A stretch of 29,435 nt of DNA from Octopus sinensis (taxonomy: Eukaryota). The stretch spans positions 1 through 29,435 of the forward strand of contig NW_021832955.1 of assembly GCF_006345805.1 (NCBI RefSeq), read 5' to 3'. Shown piece after piece: positions 22,740 to 29,435 of this stretch. Position 1 is the first letter of the stretch; every line of letters begins with the position of its first letter. The notes under the pieces are model-generated. The model worked only from the letters and a program-made list of their open reading frames with translations, made no database searches and was not told where the DNA came from. The translations under genes were made by a program, and so were the position numbers.

Positions 22740-23060
22740 GCTTTTTTATATTTTGATGAACCTGGTACTTATTCTATCAGTTTCTTCTTTTGAAACCAGT
22801 AAGTTATGGGGATGTAAATAAACGAACACCAGTTGTGAAGCAGTGATGAGGGAGAAACGCAAAGACACACACATAGACTTACATATATACATACATATAC
22901 ATACAATTGATTTCTTTCAGTTTCTGTCTACAAAATCCACTGACAAGGCTTTGGTTGGTCTGAGGCTATAGCAGAAGACACATGCCAAGTTACCACACAG
23001 TGGGACTGAACTGAGGACCATGTGTCTTGGAACCAAGTTTGTTACCACACAGCCAAACCT
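22740..23060 (-). mobile_element. Diverged SINE family B
   Basis: CAGTTTCTGTCTACAAAATCCACTGACAAGGCTTTGGTTGGTCTGAGGCTATAGCAGAAGACAC...GGGACTGAACTGAGGACCATGTG...TTACCACACAGCCA matches the family B head on the minus strand. Confidence 0.8.
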
Positions 23061-23224
23061 GCACCTATGTATGTGTGTGGGGGGGATGGAGGTGTGTGTA
23101 TGGGTGTATATATATGCATGTATATATGTGTATATATATATGTGTATATATTACATGTACATCTATATATATATACGTCGAGACATACATGTATACATAT
23201 ACATCTATATATACACATGTATAT

Positions 23225-23354
23225 GTAGGTCCCGGGTTGATTCGGGGTTAACCACAGTAAATAAGGTACTCAATACATAGCAGAGTAAAATTAATTTATT
23301 ATATAGAAGGAGCTTCTACAGGACTAGAACTGTTTCATTCAAGAGAAATCATCA
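23225..23354 (-). mobile_element. Short complex-sequence insert in (TA)n, probable Penelope-like terminal-repeat fragment
   Basis: 130 bp of non-repetitive sequence inside a microsatellite. On the minus strand it begins with a hammerhead remnant followed by AATAAA. The Penelope assignment is inference from the hammerhead association. Confidence 0.5.
23311..23354 (-). ncRNA. Type I hammerhead ribozyme remnant (5' strand of helix I and C3 missing)
   Basis: Minus strand: UGAUGA-U-UUC-UCUU-GAA-U-GAA-ACAG-UUCUAGUC-CUGU-A/GAAGCU. It has core (C)UGAUGA and GAAA, helix II UUC/GAA, helix III ACAG/CUGU and a GUA cleavage triplet. Confidence 0.6.
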
Positions 23355-23469
23355 TGTGTATATATATATACACATGTATATATATATATATATACATCCA
23401 TATACATACAATAGAGAGATGTTTTTATTTCACTTTTAGCACGTAATACTGAAATAGTGGAGAAGATAT

Positions 23470-23630
23470 GATATTGCTCTGGGCCTGCCCTAGACAAGAA
23501 GTTAAACATTTTTTTTTGCCCATGACACTACATGAACCCTAAGTAAGGCATGTGTAAAATTTGAATGAAATTGGTTGTGTAGCTCTCATGTTTTAGGATT
23601 TCACACAGACAGACAGACAGACGCACATTT
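23470..23630 (-). mobile_element. Helitron-like 5' region fragment with (CTGT)n
   Basis: Minus strand GTCTGTCTGTCTGTCTGTGTG...CAACCAATTTCATTCAAATTTTACACATGCCTTACTTAGG resembles CAACCGATTTTCTCCAAACTTTACACTCACATTACTTATG of the element ending at 18171. Confidence 0.55.
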
Positions 23631-24510
23631 CATGCCAAGTCACCACACAGTGGGATTGAACCCAGGTCCCTGCGTTTTGGAACGAAATTTGTTACTACAC
23701 AGCCACACCTGCACCTATGTATGTGTGTGTATGTGTGTATGGGTGTATATATGTATGCATGTATCTATGTGAATATATGTGTACATATTACATGTTCATC
23801 TATATATATATACACATCTACACATACTATGTATACATCTAGATCGATATGTATAGAAATAAATGTATACATATACAGCTATACACACACATACATAGGT
23901 GCAGTGTGGTAACAAACTTTGTGCTAAAACACATGGTCCCATGTTTAAATTTAAATTTAAAATAATAAGGGTGAGAAATTGAATATTAATTTGATTAATA
24001 TGAATTGAAGACCAGTGGTGTAGCATATAAGACCATAGCGGATCTTCTTCTAGCAAAATGGATGTCCACTGTTAATGGTTCATCCCTCTTATATAATAGT
24101 TTGACTTTAATAGTTTCAGTATTAAAATCTTACAATTATCAATAATTATCAAAATAATGTTACACAGTTAATCATTTATTTGCCACATAAATTTCTTGGT
24201 TTAGTTATAACTGCCTTTATCCGAATATACTTTGCTGCAAGTATTCGGCCCGATTTCTCAGATCTGACGATTATTTCATCCTATTCGTTACGGAGGTTCT
24301 AAGAAGTTGCATGGGCGCTGTATTTCCTCTCAGGACTATCCTGCTATGAACATCTATAAAACAAACTTCAAAGATGACTTTCTATGTCTTATCTGTAAAA
24401 CAGCCGTGAAACATTGTTTTATTTCTATCTTTGTTTAGTATGTCATGAGCAGTGACGTCGTCATTAATTGCTGTTATTGATGTTTTTACTTTTGATGATG
24501 TCATAATAGG

Positions 24511-24571
24511 GTTGTTGTTGTTGTTCTTCTTCTTCTTCTTCTTCTTCTTCTTCTTCTTCTTCTTCTTCTTC
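24511..24571. repeat. (GTT)n-(CTT)n compound triplet repeat
   Basis: Directly visible. Confidence 0.95.
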
Positions 24572-25244
24572 CTCTTCCTAGATTCTGGAGATTAGTTATG
24601 TTACAGGGTAACTACGGTAGGATGAGACATAACTGAACGAACCACTTGCTCATACATTTCCACCGACAGTCGTTCTACCATTATCGTGAGTGTGTGTATG
24701 TGTATCCGTGTGTGTGTCAGTGTCTCTATGTGTGCATATGCATGTATATATGTGTATGCTTACATGTTTGTATTTGTGTTTACACTTATATGTGGTAAAA
24801 TCCGAACTCCAAGAAAACCAGTTCCGATTTTAATAAAGGGGAGTGAATTGCTTGAGCAAGTTTTTGATTGTCATATTGAGTAAGCAAAGCAATGAGAAGA
24901 TCATTCAGTGGCTCCCGTTTTTATTTTGTAGAAAATGCTGTCTCTTTTCCTTTCTTTCAGTCGCTGTTGCTTCTGTTACATTTGTTTTAACAAACGGCGG
25001 TTTCCTTTGACACACTAATGACGTGCATTCTGCTGCAGCTTTGAGATATCACATCCTGTCAGTGGTCCTTAGGGATCGCACTAATGCTTCAGTCCCCGCC
25101 CTTTCCTTTCTACTCAAGGGAGTAATAATAATAGAATAAAACAAACAGAAAAAATACCCTTATTTCCTTTTCTCATCAATTTCTTTGTCTTAACATACAT
25201 TCATACACATATGTTGCATACCCTCCAATATAATGTGTATCTCT

Positions 25245-25520
25245 CTCCTCTCTTCTCTCTCTATATATATATATATTATATATATATATACATATATATA
25301 TTATACATATATCACATATATACATATATCCTTAAATCCTTAAATCCTTAAAATATTTTAGCCCGAAGGCCGCGGCCATGCTGGGGCACCACCGCTGACA
25401 TACATATAATATACATATACATATATATATTATATATATATACATATAATGCTATATTCATACACACATGCATCATACACATACCATTCACTCACATACA
25501 TGCAGTAAGTATATATATAT

Positions 25521-25551
<31 letters not shown>

Positions 25552-25560
25552 TAAGTATAG
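25245..25560. repeat. (TC)n/(TA)n/(CATA)n microsatellite cluster
   Basis: Directly visible; interrupted by the short retroposon end at 25328-25395. Confidence 0.9.
25328..25395 (-). mobile_element. Very short retroposon 3' end with (TTTAAGGA)3 tail
   Basis: Minus strand reads GCGGTGGTGCCCCAGCATGGCCGCGGCCTTCGGGCTAAAATATTTTAAGGATTTAAGGATTTAAGGAT. It shares GGTGCYCCAGCATGGCCGC with the family B 3' end. Confidence 0.6.
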
Positions 25561-25837
25561 TAGGAAATATGTTACGAAAGAAAAATATAAAATACACGTG
25601 GAAATGTAAGGGTAAAATATGAATAATCAACGGAAAATGCACCTTCAAATAGAAAAAGGCTATTTATGACAGGTAACGACAAATATATACATTTAGATTG
25701 ACTGAGGTAGTAATACGGGTCATAAAAGTCATTATTATGAGATGATTATAAGATGATAATAAAGTAAGAGAATAAACAGACCATGGTTTGAACAACACCG
25801 GTTAATACACCCGTATTAAGTATATAATATATATATA

Positions 25838-25873
<36 letters not shown>

Positions 25874-25876
<3 letters not shown>

Positions 25877-26138
25877 CTTCTGCCTAGAGCCCGGGCCGAC
25901 TAATGCCTTGTGAGTGGATTTGGTAGACGGAAACTGAAGAAGCCCGTCGTATACATGTATGTGTGTGTATGTTTGTGTGTCTGTGTTTGTCCCCCTAGCA
26001 TTGCTTGACAACCGATGCTGGTGTGTCTACGTCCCCGTCACTTAGCGGTTCGGCAAAACAGACCGATAGAATAAGTACTGGGCTTACAAAGAATAAGTCC
26101 TGGGATCAAATGACTGAAACAAGTAAAAGAGTAAAGAG
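25874..26138 (+). mobile_element. SINE family B, 5'-truncated, with internal deletion of about 40 bp
   Basis: Starts at TGTCTTCTGC. The junction GTCCTGGGATC|AAATGACTG has lost the hairpin and the GGCGGTGCTCCAGCATGGCC segment. Confidence 0.88.
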
Positions 26139-26390
26139 TATAATATATATATATATACGGGTATGTACTGGTGTGTAGGTGGATGCGATAGGCACCAATT
26201 AAGTCTTTTTCACTTTTTCTACGACAGTGTCACCTCCTAGGTTTATATATTGATAATTGTTGCTATCGCCATTGTTATTGATAAACAAAGAACGCTGTAA
26301 GTTAGGAAAAGAGAGTGTGAGAAAGGTCAGAAGCTTAAGGAGACAGTCTCCAATGATTGCTGCTGTTGTTCGCTCAAGCATGTCATAATA

Positions 26391-26560
26391 ATGGTTCCTG
26401 ATTTAGGCACAAGGCCAGCAATTTGGAGGTTAGGAAAGTACCATCAATCCCCAGGGTTTGACTTTACTTTATCGACCTCGAAAGGCAAAGTTAACCTCGA
26501 CTGGATATGAACTCAGGATGTAAGCAGCGGGGACAAATCCATGGTGCGCTAACGTCTCAG
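26391..26560 (-). mobile_element. Diverged SINE family A (tail alpha)
   Basis: GGCACAAGGCCAGCAATTT...TTTATCGACCTCGAAAGGCAAAGTTAACCTCGACTGGATATGAACTCAG matches 630-833 and 27200-27430. Confidence 0.72.
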
Positions 26561-26742
26561 GTAATCCAACGGTCAAAGCCATGTCATAATAGAAATTTCA
26601 ACTAATTTTTGCAAGAAGAACATTTTCATCAACTTTTAAAAATTATATTGCAGTTATTAAAATTATTGTGTTGGAGAAATTCATTAAATAAATATGTAGT
26701 ATTTACAAGTGGAGAAAGCTTTCGTCACTAGCTTGTGGTTGT

Positions 26743-26786
26743 CTCACACTGAGGACGGATAACATTCAGAAACCTAGGTCTGTGAG
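26743..26786 (+). ncRNA. Minimal type I hammerhead ribozyme with palindromic helix III
   Basis: CUCACA (26743-48); CUGAGGA (26749-55); C GGAU AAC AUUC A (helix II, 26756-68); GAA (26769-71); ACCUAGGU (palindromic helix III, 26772-79); C17 (26780); UGUGAG (26781-86). Helix I is 6 perfect pairs, the triplet is GUC and all core nucleotides are present. The base of helix II is a C-A mismatch. Confidence 0.78.
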
Positions 26787-27018
26787 TATCACGTAAGGCT
26801 AGGGATGGGAGCGATGACCTCCCTTGTAAATGCTATACGGACACAAACTGTGTGTCGACAGCCTGCTGGAAAAGATGTTTTCTTGGGGCCAAAACAACAG
26901 TATCATCGCCATTTATAGGATTGCCACATTATGTTGGCATTAAACATTACTAGAATTAAAATAGTTTTCAGTTTAATTATTCACAATTTATCTTTCTTCT
27001 CCTTTTTCTTCTGAAGGC

Positions 27019-27430
27019 ACGTATTTCTTTATTGCCTACAAGGGGCTAAATATAGAGGAGACAAACAAGGACAGACAAAGGGATTAAGTCAGTTACATCG
27101 ATCCCAGTGCGTAACTAGTACTTAATTTATCGACCCCGAAAGGCAAAGTCGACCTCGGTGGAATTTGAACTCAGAACGTAGCGGCATATGAAATACCGAT
27201 TTCTTTACTACCCACAAGGGGCTAAACACAGAGAGGACAAACAAGGACAGACACACGGATTAAGTCGATTATATCGACCCCAGTGTGTAACTGGTACTTA
27301 TTTAATCGACCCCGAAAGGATGAAAGGCAAAGTCGACCTCGGTGGAATTTGAACTCACAACGTAACGGCATATGAAATACCGCGAAGCATTTCGCCTGAA
27401 GTGCTAACGATTCTGCCAGCTCGCCGCCTT
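27019..27430 (-). mobile_element. SINE family A (tail beta) with internal tandem duplication, inside one TSD
   Basis: Full unit at about 27200-27430 plus a headless second unit at about 27022-27199. 11-bp direct repeat CTTCTGAAGGC at 27008-27018 and 27428-27438. Confidence 0.88.
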
Positions 27431-27839
27431 CTGAAGGCTCGTGACCGACACAATCTCTTCAAAGCTAATAAGATCTAAAATTCCAGCTCCTTACAGGAAT
27501 TCTCATTTTTTTGTCAGTTGCTTGGCGAAGTCTAACAGGAAACCGTCAGCAATCGATACATAGACCTTAGTACGTTTTCAATGATATTTTATTGATATAT
27601 ATATTATATCGTGATGGATGAAAGGCAAAGATGACCCAAATTGCATTTGAACTCAAAACGTACCTGATGTTCAAACCAATTTGTCAAACTACGACCATTG
27701 TTCTTAATGGTGTTATAAGTTATTCAGACTGCCATTCGCCGAGACATCCGTTTCTTTTGTGACGTCATAGCTGTACATTTATTGCACACACATACACGTG
27801 CACACATATACAAACGTGCGCACACACGATAAAAAAAAA

Positions 27840-28094
27840 GTTAAAGCTCCTTTCCGAGTAATATAGACCCATAGGATCAGTTTCTCGGATTCTCTGACGT
27901 GTATTTATATTAACCACTGGACGGGGCACCGATACGTCGCAGGATAATCACTTTTGCTAGCTGAATGGATTGAAGCAACATGAACTGTTGTGTCTTGCTC
28001 AAGAACACAACGCATCAAACGGTCCAGGAATCGAAATCACAATCTTACGTTCTCGAGTCCAATACCCTAACTACTAACCCACGAGCAACTTCAC
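27840..28094 (-). mobile_element. Diverged tRNA-derived SINE, head D + tail Z
   Basis: Minus strand reads GTGGGTTAGTAGTTAGGG..GATTTCGATTCCTGG..GCGTTGTGTTCTTGAGCAAGACAC..CAATCCATTCAGCTAGCAAAAGTGA, as in 15512-15650. It then continues CCTGCGACGTATCGGTGCCCCGTCCAG...GGAAAGGAGCTTTAAC. Confidence 0.78.
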
Positions 28095-28441
28095 ACACAC
28101 ACACACACGTATGTATGTATGTATGTATTATTTTTTGTATTATTTAGAATGCATTTATTGGAAGGAAAATACTGCCGAGCATCTGGTCTGTAAGAATGTA
28201 GAAGACAGAAGAGCAACGGTACGGTTAATAGATCCAACGGAGAGTGAAATCCACAAATAATCAAGGAGATTCTTAGTTAAAGGGGATGTACTGCATTCCT
28301 TAAGATCTCGGTCGAAGTCTGAATTGGTGCTACATAATTAGCAAAATTTGAAGGAATTAAGAGAATAGGATATCTCAGGGGTGAGAAAGCGAATGATGAA
28401 GATACGAGTGGAAATCAGTGGATATGAAATGAACTCCTATA

Positions 28442-28848
28442 GGCGTAGGAGTGGCTGTGTGGTAAGTAGCTTGCTTACCAGCCACATGGTTCCGGGTTCA
28501 GTCCCACTGCGTGCTACCTTGGGCAAGTGTCTTCTACTATAGCCTCGGGCCGACCAAAGCCTTGTGAGTGGATTTGGTAGACGGATACTGAAAGAAGCCC
28601 GTCGTATATATGTGTATATATATGTAAGTTGTGTGTATGTTTGTGTGTCTGTGTTTGTCCCCTCAACATCGCCTGACAACAGATTTTGGTGTGTTTACGT
28701 CCCCGTAACTTAGGGGTTCGTCAAAAGAGACTGATAGAATAAGTACTAAGCTTACAAAGAATAAGCTCTGGGGTCGATTTGCTCGACCAAAGGCGGTGCT
28801 CCAGCATGGCCACAGTCACATGACTGAAACAAATAAAAGAGTAAAGAG
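28442..28848 (+). mobile_element. tRNA-derived SINE family B, full length
   Basis: A box TGGCTGTGTGG, B box GGTTCAGTCCC, internal microsatellite, 3' hairpin and GTAAAGAG-type tail. Confidence 0.92.
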
Positions 28849-29435
28849 ATGTGAAGAGATGAAGCATGTCGATAGCAATGCAGTCTCTTGGAAATTGATT
28901 GAGATATATGATACCCTAGAAAATAATTATAGAGCAGAGCGGAACGAGTTATTCTAAGAGATGAGGGCATGGAAACTGGTGAATGTGGTGAAGCAGATGA
29001 AATCAATATAGGGACCCTATATCTTTTTGGTGAGTTCAGTGAATTGAAAAATATTCTGCCCAAATTTGGCTTTCAAAGAGATTTGTGAAATTTCTTACTT
29101 TATATTAAATACGATTGAACGTTGTTGTTATATACCTACTTACGGCATCACGCTAACTTAAGGAACTCAAAGAAGGGAGGGAGAAAAAGAAAACATTAAA
29201 GAAGGGAAAATAGGAGGTGATGATGGTAAATGGTGGTGGTCATGGTGGCGGTGGTAATGTTTGTTGTGGAGGCTGTTTGTTATTGTTGGTAGTCATTGTA
29301 GTTATGGTGTTAGCGACAACAATTGTATTGAAGTGCACGCATAAAATCATAATGTTTGTTTGGGCTTATGTAAATAAATAAACATCAACTCTTTACTACT
29401 TTCAAAAGTCACCACCACCACCTTCTCCATAAACA

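Noticed and set aside
24940-25110. Strong pyrimidine tract plus CAG, a GC box (CCCCGCCC) and TF-like motifs
   Set aside because: All frames close quickly after the acceptor, and short motifs alone do not support a promoter or enhancer call.
8437-28848. tRNA genes or a CRISPR array
   Set aside because: The tRNA-like segments are SINE heads without complete cloverleafs, and there is no regularly spaced repeat-spacer array.
28140-29080. Purine-rich flanks of the 28442 SINE, considered as a decayed LINE
   Set aside because: Weak and conflicting hints (plus-strand CIYWKENTAEHLVC knuckle-like versus minus-strand CR1-like fragments); orientation and family cannot be supported.

Overview
AT-rich, repeat-saturated eukaryotic DNA, intergenic or deep intronic. 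The SINE repertoire and microsatellite density look like an octopod cephalopod; that is my recognition, not a database result. I could not support any host protein-coding gene: almost all listed ORFs are translated microsatellites or antisense shadows of transposons. The coding-derived sequence is all transposon debris: a decayed RTE-clade LINE (19871-22229, minus), a CR1-clade LINE 3' end (2635-3158, minus) and a mariner transposase remnant (15999-16777, plus) cut off by a Helitron-like element. Non-coding elements include at least four tRNA-derived SINE head types (my labels A-D) joined to interchangeable tails, a hAT MITE with a perfect 8-bp TSD, and many simple repeats. The most interesting signals are: a complete minimal type I hammerhead ribozyme fold of the Penelope-associated kind at 26743-26786 (+); a second, unrelated, 5'-truncated hammerhead at 23311-23354 (-); head/tail-shuffled SINEs; nested inverted SINE pairs across 8437-11834; a Helitron head-to-tail junction; and a fold-back palindrome centred on (TA)n.
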